Notes: generated from the letters alone by a model not told the origin. 64,000 nucleotides of DNA from an uncultured beta proteobacterium (GCA_963726765.1 CAVSDH010000001.1:10900-74899); one strand, 5' to 3'. Positions 33,621-43,688 are shown, counted from the first letter of the stretch. Made by a program: numbers and translations.

Positions 33621-36600
33621 ATGGTCGCAGGCACGACACCGGGCGGAAGCGAGAGGCTGCAGGAAGTGCTTGCGCTCGTGAACGCGAAGATCGCCGCCGC
33701 CGAGCGCGCGACGATCGAGGATCTCGTCCGTCGCTATTATGGCCAGGTCGACCCCGAGGATCTTGCCCAGCGCCGGCCGGCGGATCTTTACGGCGCCGCG
33801 CTGTCCCATTGGAGCTTCGCGAGAAAGCGCGAAGCCGGCCGGGCCAAGGTCCGGGTGTTCAATCCGACGATCGAGGAGCACGGCTGGCAGTCGACCCACA
33901 CGATCATCGAGATCGTCAACGACGACATGCCGTTCCTCGTCGATTCGGTGACGATGGAGGCGAATCGTCACGGCCTCACGCTGCACCTCATCGTCCATCC
34001 GCTGCTTGCGGTCGTCCGCGACGCCGGCGGCACGCTGACCGGCCTCGCGCCCGCCGCAACGGAGGGCCGGCGCGAATCGTTCATCCATGTCGAGGTCGAC
34101 CGGACCATCGATCCGGCGCGCCTCGACGCGCTTGCCGCGGACATCGGGCGCGTGCTCGAGGACGTCCGGATGGCGGTCCTCGACTGGAAGAAGATGCAGG
34201 ACAGGTTGCTCGCGGTCGTCGGCGAGCTCGATGCGCGCCCGCCCCCGCTGCCCGCAGACGAACTGGCCGAGGGCAAGGCGTTCCTGCGCTGGCTTGCCGG
34301 CAATCATTTCACGTTGCTGGGGTACCGCTGCCACGATCTCGTCACGGTCGACGGCGTGGACGCGCTGCGCATCGTCGAAGGCTCGAGCCTGGGCCTCCTG
34401 CGCGAAACCGGCGGGCGCGAGGTCGCGGCAAGCTTCGCCGCGTTGCCGCCCGAACAGCGCGCGTTCGCGCGGATCCCGGCGCTCCTCATCATCACCAAGT
34501 CGAATTCGCGGTCGACGATGCATCGCCCGGGCTATCTCGATTACGTCGGGATCAAGCGTTTCGACGAGAAAGGGGCGGTCTGCGGCGAGCACCGCTTCAT
34601 CGGCCTCTACACGTCGGCCGCGTACAGCGCCAAGCCGGCCGACATACCGCTTCTGCGGCGCAAGGCGGCCAACGTCGTTGCGCGCGCTGGGCTCGCCCCC
34701 GGCAGCCACGCCGGCAAGGCTCTCATCAACATACTCGACACCTACCCGCGCGACGAGCTGCTGCAAACCGGCGACGACGAGCTGTACGCGACCGCGATGG
34801 GCATCCTGCACCTCGGCGAACGGCAGCGCTTCCGGCTGTTCGTGCGGCGCGACCCGTTCGGACGCTTCCTGTCGTGCCTCATTTTCGCGCCACGCGAGAG
34901 CTACACGACCGAGCTGCGCCAGAAGTGGCAGGCGATCCTCATGCAGGCGTTCAACGGCACGAACGCGGAATTCAACGTGCACCTTTCCGAATCGATGCTG
35001 GTGCGAAGCCTGATCACCGTGCGCACGACGCCCGGCAACGTGCCGGCGTTCGACGTCCGCGAGCTCGAGGCGCGCCTTGCCGCCGCGGCGCGAAGGTGGG
35101 AGGACGACCTGCGCGAGGCGCTGATCGAGGCGCAGGGCGAAGCCCGCGGCAGCGAGCTCTTCCGGCAGTTCGGAAGCGCGTTCCCGGCCGGCTACCGCGC
35201 GGATTTCGCGGCGCGCTCCGCGGTGCCGGACATCGCGCTGATGGCGCCGCTGACGGCGGAATCGCCGCTCGCGCTGTCGCTGTACCGTCCCCTCGAGGCG
35301 GAGCCCGGCGTGCTGCGTTTCAAGCTCTTCCATCGTGGCGCGCCGGTGCCGCTTTCCGACAGCCTGCCGATGCTGGAACGAATGGGACTCCGGGTCATGG
35401 ACGAGCGGCCGCACCGTATCGCGCCGCAGGATACGCCGCCGGTGTGGATGCACGATTTCGGCATGCAGTCCGCGCTCGCCGACGCCGAGGTCGAGATCGA
35501 CGCGCTGCATCCGGTGTTCGAGGATGCGTTTGCGCGCATCTTCCGCGGCGAGGTCGAGAGCGACGATTTCAACCGTCTGGTCGTGGCAGCGCGGATCCCT
35601 GCTGCGGAAATCGTCGTGCTGCGCGCGTATGCGAAGTACATGCGGCAGATCGGCTTCCCGCTTTCGCAATCGTTCATCGAGTCGACGCTCGCCGCCCACG
35701 CCGACATTGCGCGCATGCTGGTCGACCTCTTCAAGCTGCGCTTCGACCCGGCGCTGCCGGATTCCGCGCAGACGAAGGCGATGGGAAAGATCCAGCAGAT
35801 CGACGATGCGTTCGACCGTGTCGACAACCTCTCCGAGGATCGCGTGCTGCGGCAGTACTTCATGCTGATCCTCGCGACCACGCGCACGAATTTCTGGCGC
35901 CGCGACGGCGATGGGCGGCCGCGAAGCTACCTGTCGTTCAAGTTCGACCCCGCGAAGGTGCCCGGTCTGCCCGAGCCCAGGCCGATGTACGAGATCTTCG
36001 TCTACTCGACCCGGTTCGAAGGCGTGCACCTGCGCGGCGGCAAAGTCGCGCGAGGCGGACTGCGCTGGTCGGACCGTCCCGAGGACTTTCGCACCGAGGT
36101 GCTGGGACTCGTCAAGGCGCAGATGGTCAAGAACATCGTGATCGTCCCGGTCGGATCGAAGGGCGGGTTCGTGCTGAAGCGCGCGCCCGCGCCTGCCGAT
36201 CGCGAGGCGTTCATGAAGGAGGGGATTGCCTGTTATCAGGATTACCTGCGCGGCTTGCTCGACCTCACCGACAACCGCGTCGGCAACACCGTCGTGCCGC
36301 CGCCGCAGGTGAAGCGCCACGATCCGGACGACCCGTACCTGGTCGTCGCCGCGGACAAGGGCACGGCGTCGTTTTCGGATTATGCGAACGCGATCAGCAA
36401 GGAATACGGCTTCTGGCTGGGCGATGCGTTTGCTTCGGGCGGTTCGGTCGGCTACGACCACAAGGCGATGGGCATCACGGCGCGCGGCGCGTGGGAGTCG
36501 ACCAAGCGGCATTTCCGGGAAATGGGCGTCGACACTCAGACGACCGACTTCACGGTCGCCGGGATCGGCGACATGTCGGGCGACGTGTTCGGCAACGGCA

Positions 36601-38441
36601 TGCTGCTCTCGCGTCACATCCGGCTGGTCGCCGCGTTCGACCACCGGCACATCTTCCTCGATCCGGATCCGGATCCCGAGGCAAGCATTGTCGAGCGCGA
36701 GCGGCTCTTCCGCCTGCCGCGCTCGTCATGGGCCGACTACGACGCGAAGCTGATCTCGACCGGCGGCGGCATTCATCCGCGCAGCGCGAAGTCGATTGCG
36801 ATCACGCCTGAGGTCAGGGCTGTGCTGGAGATCGCCGCGGACACGCTGACGCCCACCGAGCTCGTCAATGCGATCCTGAAAGCGCCGGTCGATCTCATCT
36901 ACAACGGCGGCATCGGCACGTACGTCAAGGCGGCGACCGAAACGCACGGGCAGGTGGGCGACCGCGCCAACGATGCGCTGCGCGTGAACGGCGGAGACCT
37001 CAGGTGCAAGGTTTTCGTCGAAGGGGGCAACCTCGGATGCACGCAGCTCGGTCGAATCGAGTACGCGCATGCCGGCGGCCGCATCTGTACCGACGCCATC
37101 GACAACTCGGCGGGGGTCGACACGTCCGACCACGAGGTCAACATCAAGATCCTGCTCGGCATGGCGATCGCCGAGGGCGAGCTCACCGAGAAGCAGCGCA
37201 ACGCGCAGCTCGTCGAGATGACGGACGAGGTTGCCGCGCTCGTGCTGCGCGACAACTATTTCCAGACGCAGGTGCTGTCGGTGACCGGCCGCATCGCGCC
37301 GCTCCTGCTCGACGCGCAGGGACGCTTCATGCAGTACCTCGAGAAGGCGGGGCGCCTCAATCGCGCGATCGAGTACCTTCCGGACGACGAGGCACTCGCC
37401 GCGCGACGTGCGCAGGGGCACGGCCTCACGAGCCCCGAGCGCGCGGTCATGCTCGCCTACAGCAAGATGTGGCTCTACGACGAGCTGCTGGCGTCGCCGC
37501 TGCCGGATGATCCGTGGATCGAAACCGCGCTGACGCGCTATTTCCCGCACGTGCTCGGCGAGAAATTCTCGGCCTACATGCCACGGCACGCGCTGAAGCG
37601 CGAGATCATCGCCACCCACGTGACCAACAGCATGGTCAATCGGGTCGGCAGCACCTACGTGCACCGGCTTTCGGAAACGACCGGCGCCAGGCCGCACGAG
37701 GTCGTGCGCGCCTACCTGCTGTCGCGCGAGATCTTCGGATTCGTGCCGCTATGGCAGGCGATCGAGGCGCTTGACTCCGCGGTTGACGACGCGGTCCAGT
37801 CGACGATGCTGATCGACACCAGCCGGCAGCTCGAGCGCGGCACGACGTGGTTCCTGCGCTCGCGCCGCCTCGCGGAGGACATGGCCCTGACGATTGCGCA
37901 CTTCACGCCACGGGTCGAGGCGCTGTCCGGACGGCTGCCGGAACTCCTCGATGCGGCCGATCGGTCGCGCGTGGCCGGGGCGGCTGCCAAGTACGTGGCG
38001 CAGGGCGTGCCGGAAGGCGTCGCGCAGCGCGTCGTGACGCTCGACACGCTGTACTCGACCCTCGACATCGTCGAGGTGGCGGGCGCGACAAAGCGTCCGG
38101 TCGAGCTCGTGGCCGAAATCTACTTCGACCTTTCGACGCGCCTCGGACTGCCTTGGCTGCGCGAGCGAGTTTCCGCGCTGCCGGCGGATGCGCACTGGCA
38201 GATGCTGGCGCGCGGCGCCATGCACGACGACTTGTCCGGGCTGCAGCGCACGATCACCGGCGAAGTCCTGGCGGGCGGCGGCGACCGCGCGGCGGCCGGC
38301 GGGCTCATCGACGCGTGGAAGGACCGCAACGGTCGCGCGATCGAACGCGTGCTGCAGCTGCTGACGGAGCTGCGCGCGGCAGGCGCAACGGATGCCGCGA
38401 TGCTTTCGGTCGCCCTGCGGGAGCTGCGCACGCTCGCGTAA
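33621..38441 (+). CDS. gdhB: Large NAD-specific glutamate dehydrogenase (about 180 kDa class)
   Basis: ATG 33621 is preceded by GGAGGAAG. The 1606-aa product contains the conserved core RGGLRWSDRPEDFRTEVLGLVKAQMVKNIVIVPVGSKGGFV and GMGITARGAWES. Confidence 0.9.
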   Translation: MVAGTTPGGSERLQEVLALVNAKIAAAERATIEDLVRRYYGQVDPEDLAQRRPADLYGAALSHWSFARKREAGRAKVRVFNPTIEEHGWQSTHTIIEIVNDDMPFLVDSVTMEANRHGLTLHLIVHPLLAVVRDAGGTLTGLAPAATEGRRESFIHVEVDRTIDPARLDALAADIGRVLEDVRMAVLDWKKMQDRLLAVVGELDARPPPLPADELAEGKAFLRWLAGNHFTLLGYRCHDLVTVDGVDALRIVEGSSLGLLRETGGREVAASFAALPPEQRAFARIPALLIITKSNSRSTMHRPGYLDYVGIKRFDEKGAVCGEHRFIGLYTSAAYSAKPADIPLLRRKAANVVARAGLAPGSHAGKALINILDTYPRDELLQTGDDELYATAMGILHLGERQRFRLFVRRDPFGRFLSCLIFAPRESYTTELRQKWQAILMQAFNGTNAEFNVHLSESMLVRSLITVRTTPGNVPAFDVRELEARLAAAARRWEDDLREALIEAQGEARGSELFRQFGSAFPAGYRADFAARSAVPDIALMAPLTAESPLALSLYRPLEAEPGVLRFKLFHRGAPVPLSDSLPMLERMGLRVMDERPHRIAPQDTPPVWMHDFGMQSALADAEVEIDALHPVFEDAFARIFRGEVESDDFNRLVVAARIPAAEIVVLRAYAKYMRQIGFPLSQSFIESTLAAHADIARMLVDLFKLRFDPALPDSAQTKAMGKIQQIDDAFDRVDNLSEDRVLRQYFMLILATTRTNFWRRDGDGRPRSYLSFKFDPAKVPGLPEPRPMYEIFVYSTRFEGVHLRGGKVARGGLRWSDRPEDFRTEVLGLVKAQMVKNIVIVPVGSKGGFVLKRAPAPADREAFMKEGIACYQDYLRGLLDLTDNRVGNTVVPPPQVKRHDPDDPYLVVAADKGTASFSDYANAISKEYGFWLGDAFASGGSVGYDHKAMGITARGAWESTKRHFREMGVDTQTTDFTVAGIGDMSGDVFGNGMLLSRHIRLVAAFDHRHIFLDPDPDPEASIVERERLFRLPRSSWADYDAKLISTGGGIHPRSAKSIAITPEVRAVLEIAADTLTPTELVNAILKAPVDLIYNGGIGTYVKAATETHGQVGDRANDALRVNGGDLRCKVFVEGGNLGCTQLGRIEYAHAGGRICTDAIDNSAGVDTSDHEVNIKILLGMAIAEGELTEKQRNAQLVEMTDEVAALVLRDNYFQTQVLSVTGRIAPLLLDAQGRFMQYLEKAGRLNRAIEYLPDDEALAARRAQGHGLTSPERAVMLAYSKMWLYDELLASPLPDDPWIETALTRYFPHVLGEKFSAYMPRHALKREIIATHVTNSMVNRVGSTYVHRLSETTGARPHEVVRAYLLSREIFGFVPLWQAIEALDSAVDDAVQSTMLIDTSRQLERGTTWFLRSRRLAEDMALTIAHFTPRVEALSGRLPELLDAADRSRVAGAAAKYVAQGVPEGVAQRVVTLDTLYSTLDIVEVAGATKRPVELVAEIYFDLSTRLGLPWLRERVSALPADAHWQMLARGAMHDDLSGLQRTITGEVLAGGGDRAAAGGLIDAWKDRNGRAIERVLQLLTELRAAGATDAAMLSVALRELRTLA

Positions 38442-38456
38442 CGCGTCGTGCGCGCC

Positions 38457-39029
38457 TTACAGGTGCGCTGCGGCGAGGAGGCCCAGCACGACCGATCCGA
38501 TCGCGACGCCCAGCGCGCCCAACCCCATGGCCTTCTGCCGCGTGAGGATGGTGATGGCCGCCAGCGCGATGGCAATCTGGATCAGGGTCATCGCCTGCGC
38601 CCAGCGGTGGTGGGTGTGCATCGCCGCCTCGCTGCTCGTTTCGGCCGACCTGCTCGCCTGCTCGAGCTTCTTGGCCTCGACCATGATCTCTTCCTTTTCC
38701 TTCTTGTAGCGCTCCGCTTCCTTCAGGTACTTCGCCTGCTGTTCGCCCGCGGTGAGCGTCGATCCCAGCTCGGCGAGGTTCTGCTTGCTGCTCTTCGCCT
38801 GGTAGAAATTCCACTGGTCCGAGGCTTCGGTCTTTCTGATCGCCGCCTCGTTCTTGAAGAGCAGCGCCTCGTTCTGGGTGGCGCCCGCCATGTAGCCGAA
38901 CAACGCGCCGATGGTCGCGAAAATCGCGGTCATCACCGCAATGCGGCCGGCGAACGGGTCGCCGCTGTGCGCGGCGTGCTCGACCTCGTGGTCGTGCGGA
39001 CCGTGAACGTGGAAATGGCCTTCCGACAT
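38457..39029 (-). CDS. DUF4337-like membrane protein
   Basis: ATG 39029 within ORF 38457..39173 gives 190 aa. His-rich N-terminus, a central helical region (ASDQWNFYQAKSSKQNLAE) and a C-terminal TM pair. Family name is from memory. Confidence 0.55.
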   Translation of the reverse strand: MSEGHFHVHGPHDHEVEHAAHSGDPFAGRIAVMTAIFATIGALFGYMAGATQNEALLFKNEAAIRKTEASDQWNFYQAKSSKQNLAELGSTLTAGEQQAKYLKEAERYKKEKEEIMVEAKKLEQASRSAETSSEAAMHTHHRWAQAMTLIQIAIALAAITILTRQKAMGLGALGVAIGSVVLGLLAAAHL

Positions 39030-39082
39030 GTCGACTCCTGGGCTTGGGAATGAGATTGCGGGATGACGCGCAAACGCGCGCT

Positions 39083-39643
39083 TCAGGTCCTGTCGCGACG
39101 GTAGGTCACGAAAGCGTACGGCAAGGCGTCCGCGTGTTCCCCGGCATGCGCTTCGCGGTCGACCTCGCGCCATTCACGACGATCGAATGGCGGAAACGTC
39201 GCGTCGCCATCGAAGGCCCGGCCGATCTCCGTCAGGTAGAGCACGCGGGCGTGCGGCAGTGCTTCACGGTAGAGCTCGCCGCCGCCGATGCAAAACGCCG
39301 GCGCCGGCAGTCGAACCCGGTCGAGTGCGTCAACGAGCGACGATGCGATTTCCGCACCGGTCGCGGGAAACGCCGGGTCGCGGGTGACCACGATGTTCTG
39401 CCGATCGGGCAGCGGACGCCCGATCGATTCCCATGTCCGCCGGCCCATGATCACCGCATGGCCCGTGGTCAACGCGCGGAAACGCTGCAGATCGGCCGGC
39501 AGACGCCATGGGAGGCGGTTGTCGCCGCCGATGACCGAATTCGCGGCGACGGCTGCAATGATCGCAAGTGGGGGCAGGCTGGTCGCCGCGCATGAAGTGG
39601 GGACCGCCTGTCCTTCCGGCGATTCCCGTACGCCCGCACTCAC
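39083..39643 (-). CDS. folA: Dihydrofolate reductase
   Basis: Motifs: IAAVAANSVIGGDNRLPWRLPADLQRFRALTTGHAVIMGRRTWESIG and FCIGGGELY. The true start may lie downstream of 39643, since the N-terminal extension is unusual. Confidence 0.85.
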   Translation of the reverse strand: MSAGVRESPEGQAVPTSCAATSLPPLAIIAAVAANSVIGGDNRLPWRLPADLQRFRALTTGHAVIMGRRTWESIGRPLPDRQNIVVTRDPAFPATGAEIASSLVDALDRVRLPAPAFCIGGGELYREALPHARVLYLTEIGRAFDGDATFPPFDRREWREVDREAHAGEHADALPYAFVTYRRDRT

Positions 39644-39692
39644 CGCTGCGTGTCCGGTGTCATAATTGCCGCAAATTATATAGGTCGCCTCC

Positions 39693-41186
39693 GTGTACTA
39701 CCCGCGTTCGTTTCTCAAGTTCATTCTGCTGGGCTTCCTGCTGGTGAGCCTGCCGCTCGTCTATGCGCTGGTCGAGCTCATCTTTTCGCTCGACCGACTG
39801 CAGATCGAGGGTCAGGAAGCCGTGCAGCAGGCGGCGCAGGCGGGCCGCGCGAGCCGCCTGCTGTTCGAGCAGTCGACGACGCTCGAGCGGCTGGTTCGCC
39901 AGTACCTCATTCTGGAGGACGGCGCGCTGCTCGAGGACTACGGACGCGTGCGGCAGGATTTCCGTGCGACGCAAAGGCAGCTCTCGCTGCTGCCGCTGTC
40001 CAAGGATCAGCTCGCGACGCTGGACGCGCTGGCCGACTCCGAGTCGCAACTGAACCAGCTGCTCCGCGCGCCGCAGAAGCCCCAGGGCGCACATACGGAA
40101 CTTGCGGAAGGCTATTCGAAGCTGGCCGACGGCGCGCAATCGCTGCTGGGTGCAACGAACGACCTGACCGAGCGCGCGATCGTGCAGCTCCAGGACATTG
40201 CCGCGCAGGGCCGTCAGAAATGGCGCTACCTGGCCTTCGCCACGGCCGGCATCGCGCTTGCGCTCGCCATCCTGTTCGCCGTGCTGATCGCGCGCCCGAT
40301 TCGCCAGCTGGACCAGGCGATCCGGCAGATGGGGACCGCGGATTTCACGCACAGAATCGAGGTCAACGGACCGCAGGACCTGCGCTATCTCGGCCAGCGG
40401 CTCGAGTGGCTGCGCTCGCGCCTGTCGGATCTCGAGGAGCAGCAGAACCGATTCCTTCGCCACGTCTCGCACGAGCTCAAGACTCCGCTGACGGCGGTGC
40501 GCGAAGGCGCGGAACTCCTGCGCGACAACGTGGGCGGCAAGCTCACGCCCGAGCAGCGCGAGATCGTCCGCATTGTCCGCGAGAACACGCTGTCGCTGCA
40601 GAAGCTCATCGAGGACCTGCTCACCTACCACCAGACTCGCGCGATGGAGCCGCAGACGCTGGGGCCGGTGCTGCTGTCCGATGTGCTCAGGCGAGTCGTC
40701 AAGGAGCACAAGCTCGCGGCGCTGGCGCGGATGATCTCCTTCGAGGCGAGGTTGAAGCCCGCCCTCGTCGTCGGAGACGCCGAGAAGCTCCGGACGATCG
40801 TCGACAACCTTGTCTCGAATGCGATCAAGTATTCACCGCGGTCGGGCACGATCGCACTGGGACTCTCGACCGAAGACGGATTCGCGGTCCTCGACGTCGT
40901 CGACCAGGGGCACGGGGTCGATCCCGAAGAGCGCGCGCAAATCTTCGACTCCTTCTACCAGGGCCGACCGCCGACCGACGGTCGCGTGAAGGGCTCGGGC
41001 CTCGGGCTCGCGATCGCCCGCGAATACGCGGTTGCCCACGGCGGCAGGATCGAAGCGCTGGAACGTACCGACGGGCGCCACGGGGCGCATTTCCGCCTGT
41101 GGTTGCCGCTCGCCGCGGGAGGTGACGGCGCGGTGATCGATACGGCAAGTGCTGACGCGCAGGTGACGGTCATGGGGAGCCGATGA
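39693..41186 (+). CDS. Sensor histidine kinase, GlrK/QseE-like (two TM helices, HAMP, HisKA, HATPase)
   Basis: 497 aa with a GTG start. H-box FLRHVSHELKTPLT, N-box DNLVSNAIKYS, G-boxes DQGHGV and GSGLGLAIA. The operon order HK-lipoprotein-sigma54 RR mirrors glrK-yfhG-glrR. Confidence 0.85.
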   Translation: MYYPRSFLKFILLGFLLVSLPLVYALVELIFSLDRLQIEGQEAVQQAAQAGRASRLLFEQSTTLERLVRQYLILEDGALLEDYGRVRQDFRATQRQLSLLPLSKDQLATLDALADSESQLNQLLRAPQKPQGAHTELAEGYSKLADGAQSLLGATNDLTERAIVQLQDIAAQGRQKWRYLAFATAGIALALAILFAVLIARPIRQLDQAIRQMGTADFTHRIEVNGPQDLRYLGQRLEWLRSRLSDLEEQQNRFLRHVSHELKTPLTAVREGAELLRDNVGGKLTPEQREIVRIVRENTLSLQKLIEDLLTYHQTRAMEPQTLGPVLLSDVLRRVVKEHKLAALARMISFEARLKPALVVGDAEKLRTIVDNLVSNAIKYSPRSGTIALGLSTEDGFAVLDVVDQGHGVDPEERAQIFDSFYQGRPPTDGRVKGSGLGLAIAREYAVAHGGRIEALERTDGRHGAHFRLWLPLAAGGDGAVIDTASADAQVTVMGSR

Positions 41187-41941
41187 GCACCCGTCCGTGG
41201 TGGGCGCCGGCGGCGCTCGCGGTCACTGTGCTCGCGGGATGCGCGACGCCGCCGCCGATGGTGCAGCCCGACGAGGACGACGAGCCGCTGGTCGCGACGA
41301 TGCCGTCGACACCCATGGTGGAGTATCCGCCGATCGAGCCCGTCGAGCCTCCCGTCTCGGTGCCGGAGCCGGCGCCGGCCACGCCCCCACGCGTGCCGCC
41401 TGCGACGGAACCTCCGCCGGCGCTTCCGGGAACCGCCCCACCTGCACCGCCCGAGGCCTCGGCGGACGCGATCGAGCTTCTCACGTTGCTTGTCGACCTG
41501 CAGCGATACAGCACGCTTTCCGCCGACGACGTCCGTCGCGAGCTCGCCGCGTCGACGCAGGCATTGAACCGGCAGCGGACCGACGCAAACCGGGTGCGGC
41601 TCGCGGTGCTGTTTACCTTTGCGAAGGCGTCGCCGCAGGACGATCAGCGGGCACTGCAGCTCCTCGACAACGTGGCGAAGAGCAATCCCGGTTCGCCGGC
41701 GGTGAAGCAGGTCGCGGCGGTGCTGCAGGCGCAGATTTCCGAGCGCCTCCATGCCGTGCGCGATGAGCAGCAGAAGGCCGATGCGGCCATCCAGAAGCTC
41801 GAAGCGCTTCGTGCCATGGAGCGAAGCCTGTTGCGCGACCGCGTTCGCAGCGGCGGCGGAGCCGGTGGCGGGGCAGGCGGGAGCGGCAGCGGCAGCGGCA
41901 GCGGCGGGGGTGGTGGCGGCGGCGGCGGCGGCGGCCGGTAG
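41183..41941 (+). CDS. Lipoprotein, QseG/YfhG-like by position, with a Pro-rich linker and Gly/Ser-rich C-terminal tail
   Basis: Signal peptide plus lipobox (AVTVLAGC). The start overlaps the HK stop (ATGA). The C-terminus is GGGAGGGAGGSGSGSGSGGGGGGGGGGGR. Confidence 0.7.
   Translation: MSTRPWWAPAALAVTVLAGCATPPPMVQPDEDDEPLVATMPSTPMVEYPPIEPVEPPVSVPEPAPATPPRVPPATEPPPALPGTAPPAPPEASADAIELLTLLVDLQRYSTLSADDVRRELAASTQALNRQRTDANRVRLAVLFTFAKASPQDDQRALQLLDNVAKSNPGSPAVKQVAAVLQAQISERLHAVRDEQQKADAAIQKLEALRAMERSLLRDRVRSGGGAGGGAGGSGSGSGSGGGGGGGGGGGR
41882..41935 (+). repeat. Coding microsatellite: (AGCGGC)x4 followed by (GGC)x7
   Basis: Read directly: agcggcagcggcagcggcagcggc at 41882-41905, and ggc x7 at 41915-41935, ending just before the stop of the lipoprotein gene. 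Confidence 0.9.
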
Positions 41942-41958
41942 GCGCCGAAAGGACGGGC

Positions 41959-43317
41959 ATGCAGACAGGCGACATCCTGCTGGTCGACGACGATCCTGAC
42001 CTGCTGAAGCTGATCAGCCTGCGGCTCGTTTCGGCGGGTTACCGCGTGCGGACCGCGGACAGCGGCGAAGCGGCGCTGGCGGCGCTCGCCGTCGCGCGGC
42101 CCGGGGCCGTGATCACCGATCTCAGGATGCCCGGCATCGACGGCCTTCAACTCTTCGAGGCCATCCATCGCCAGCACCCGGCGTTGCCGGTCATCATCCT
42201 CACGGCGCACGGCACCATTCCGGATGCCGTCTCCGCGACTCAGCGCGGCGTTTTCGGTTTCCTGACGAAGCCGTTCGACAGTCAGGAACTGCTGCAGCTC
42301 GTGGCTTCCGCGCTGCGACTCGCGGGCGACGCGCCGACGGACAGCGGCGAGGCGACCGGCGAATGGCGCGCGGGAATCATCACCCGAAGTCCGCAGGTCG
42401 AAGATCTCCTGCGGCAGGCGCGACTCGTGGCCGACTCCGACGCGAGCGTGCTGGTCTACGGCGATTCCGGCACCGGCAAGGAGCTCCTCGCCCGGGCCAT
42501 CCACCGCGCGAGCCCGCGTGGCGACAAGCCGTTCGTCGCTGTCAATTGCGGTGCGATTCCGGAGCCGCTGCTCGAGTCGGAACTGTTCGGGCATGCGCGC
42601 GGCGCGTTTTCCGGCGCCGTGCAGGCGCACAAGGGCCTGTTCCAGGCTGCCGACGGCGGGACGATCTTCCTGGACGAGATCGGGGATATGCCCCTCGCGC
42701 TGCAGGTGAAGCTTCTTCGCGTGCTCCAGGAAGGCGAGGTGCGGCCCGTGGGCGCCACGCAGTCGCTGCCTGTCGACGTGCGGGTCATTTCCGCCACGCA
42801 CCGCGACCTCGACGCGCAAAAGGCTTCCGGCCAGTTCCGCGAGGACCTGTACTACCGGCTCAACGTCGTTTCGCTGAAGCTGCCGGCGCTCGCCGATCGG
42901 CGCGAGGACATTCCGCTTCTCGCGACGCACTTCCTGCGCCGGCTCGCCGACCGGTACAAGCGGCCCGCGCCGACTCTGGCGCCGGAGGCCATGGCGCTCC
43001 TCATCTCGGCGCCCTGGCCAGGAAACGTTCGGCAGCTTCTCAACCTGCTCGAGCAGGCAGTGGCCCTCGCCACGACCAATGTGATTCCGGCGTCGCTGAT
43101 CCAGAGTTCGTTGCGCGAGGACGCGAGCGCGCTCGTTCCTTTCGAAGAGGCGCGCAAGGAGTTCGAGCGCGATTACCTGGTGCGCCTCCTGAAGATTACC
43201 GGCGGCAATGTTACGCAGGCGGCGCTGCTCGCCAAGCGCAATCGCACCGAGTTCTACAAGCTCCTGCAGCGGCACCGGCTCGAGCCCGCGATGTTCAAGG
43301 AAGGCAAGCCGGGCTGA
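41959..43317 (+). CDS. Sigma-54-dependent response regulator, GlrR/QseF-like (REC-AAA+-HTH)
   Basis: Receiver domain (ILLVDDDPDLL, ITDLRMPG), Walker A GDSGTGKELLARAIH, sigma-54 contact loop GAFSGA, and a C-terminal Fis-type HTH (GNVTQAALLAKRNRTEFYKLLQRH). Confidence 0.9.
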   Translation: MQTGDILLVDDDPDLLKLISLRLVSAGYRVRTADSGEAALAALAVARPGAVITDLRMPGIDGLQLFEAIHRQHPALPVIILTAHGTIPDAVSATQRGVFGFLTKPFDSQELLQLVASALRLAGDAPTDSGEATGEWRAGIITRSPQVEDLLRQARLVADSDASVLVYGDSGTGKELLARAIHRASPRGDKPFVAVNCGAIPEPLLESELFGHARGAFSGAVQAHKGLFQAADGGTIFLDEIGDMPLALQVKLLRVLQEGEVRPVGATQSLPVDVRVISATHRDLDAQKASGQFREDLYYRLNVVSLKLPALADRREDIPLLATHFLRRLADRYKRPAPTLAPEAMALLISAPWPGNVRQLLNLLEQAVALATTNVIPASLIQSSLREDASALVPFEEARKEFERDYLVRLLKITGGNVTQAALLAKRNRTEFYKLLQRHRLEPAMFKEGKPG

Positions 43318-43446
43318 TCGTTATTCGGCGTCGGCGACGTCGTCTGCGGGACCCTCGCCCGATCCGTTGTCCAATGTGCGCGGAGCCGGCCGCGCCCATT
43401 CCATTGTCATTGAATGTGCCGCGCCTGCGCCTCATGCGAGGCTGAC

Positions 43447-43464
43447 TGTCGCCACCTGGCGACA
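43447..43464 (+). promoter_or_regulatory. GlrR/QseF-type activator box 1 (TGTC-N10-GACA)
   Basis: TGTCgccacctggcGACA. This is a perfect 8+2+8 palindrome, about 190 bp upstream of the sigma-54 promoter. Confidence 0.65.
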
Positions 43465-43511
43465 TTAATTGTTCATTTAAATCATTTATTTATCATAAAT
43501 GACACATACGG

Positions 43512-43529
43512 TGTCGGCAAAATGCGACA
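43512..43529 (+). promoter_or_regulatory. GlrR/QseF-type activator box 2 (TGTC-N10-GACA)
   Basis: TGTCggcaaaatgcGACA. It overlaps a GACACatacgGTGTC palindrome and lies about 125 bp upstream of the sigma-54 promoter. Confidence 0.65.
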
Positions 43530-43639
43530 ACGTATCCATTTTTGCAAGGGCGGCCCAACTGCAATCGTCATGCCGAGTAGTCGCTCTCGCTTCGGGGAAC
43601 GCTTCGAACGGGGAATGTCCAACCCGATGGAAATACGCT

Positions 43640-43655
43640 TGGCACATGCTTTGCT
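43640..43655 (+). promoter_or_regulatory. Sigma-54 (-24/-12) promoter
   Basis: TGGCACatgctTTGCT matches TGGCAC-N5-TTGC(A/T) with exact spacing. Confidence 0.8.
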
Positions 43656-43688
43656 TATCGGTAAGCAACGGCCGAGCAGGCCGACTGA

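Noticed and set aside
33237-36650. Very long stop-free antisense ORFs. Examples: 1137 aa opposite gdhB; 1184 aa at 22374..25928 opposite the cyclase gene; 884 aa at 13265..15919; 263 aa at 351..1142 opposite dnaK.
   Set aside because: In a genome of about 68% GC, the codons whose reverse complements are stops (TTA, CTA, TCA) are rare, so the antisense frame stays open by chance. The translations are Arg/Ala/Pro/Gly-rich low-complexity strings without recognisable motifs. The sense-strand genes have unambiguous family signatures.
31806-38441. Genomic island integrated at tRNA-Leu.
   Set aside because: I found no integrase, no direct repeat of the tRNA 3' end, and no compositional shift. The adjacent genes (sulfatase, large NAD-GDH) look like ordinary chromosomal metabolism genes.
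39662-39679. The 6-6-6 palindrome ATAATTgccgcaAATTAT in the 50-bp folA/histidine-kinase divergent spacer.
   Set aside because: It is short and made of two TATAAT-like hexamers. The simplest explanation is back-to-back -10 elements of the divergent promoters rather than a dedicated operator.
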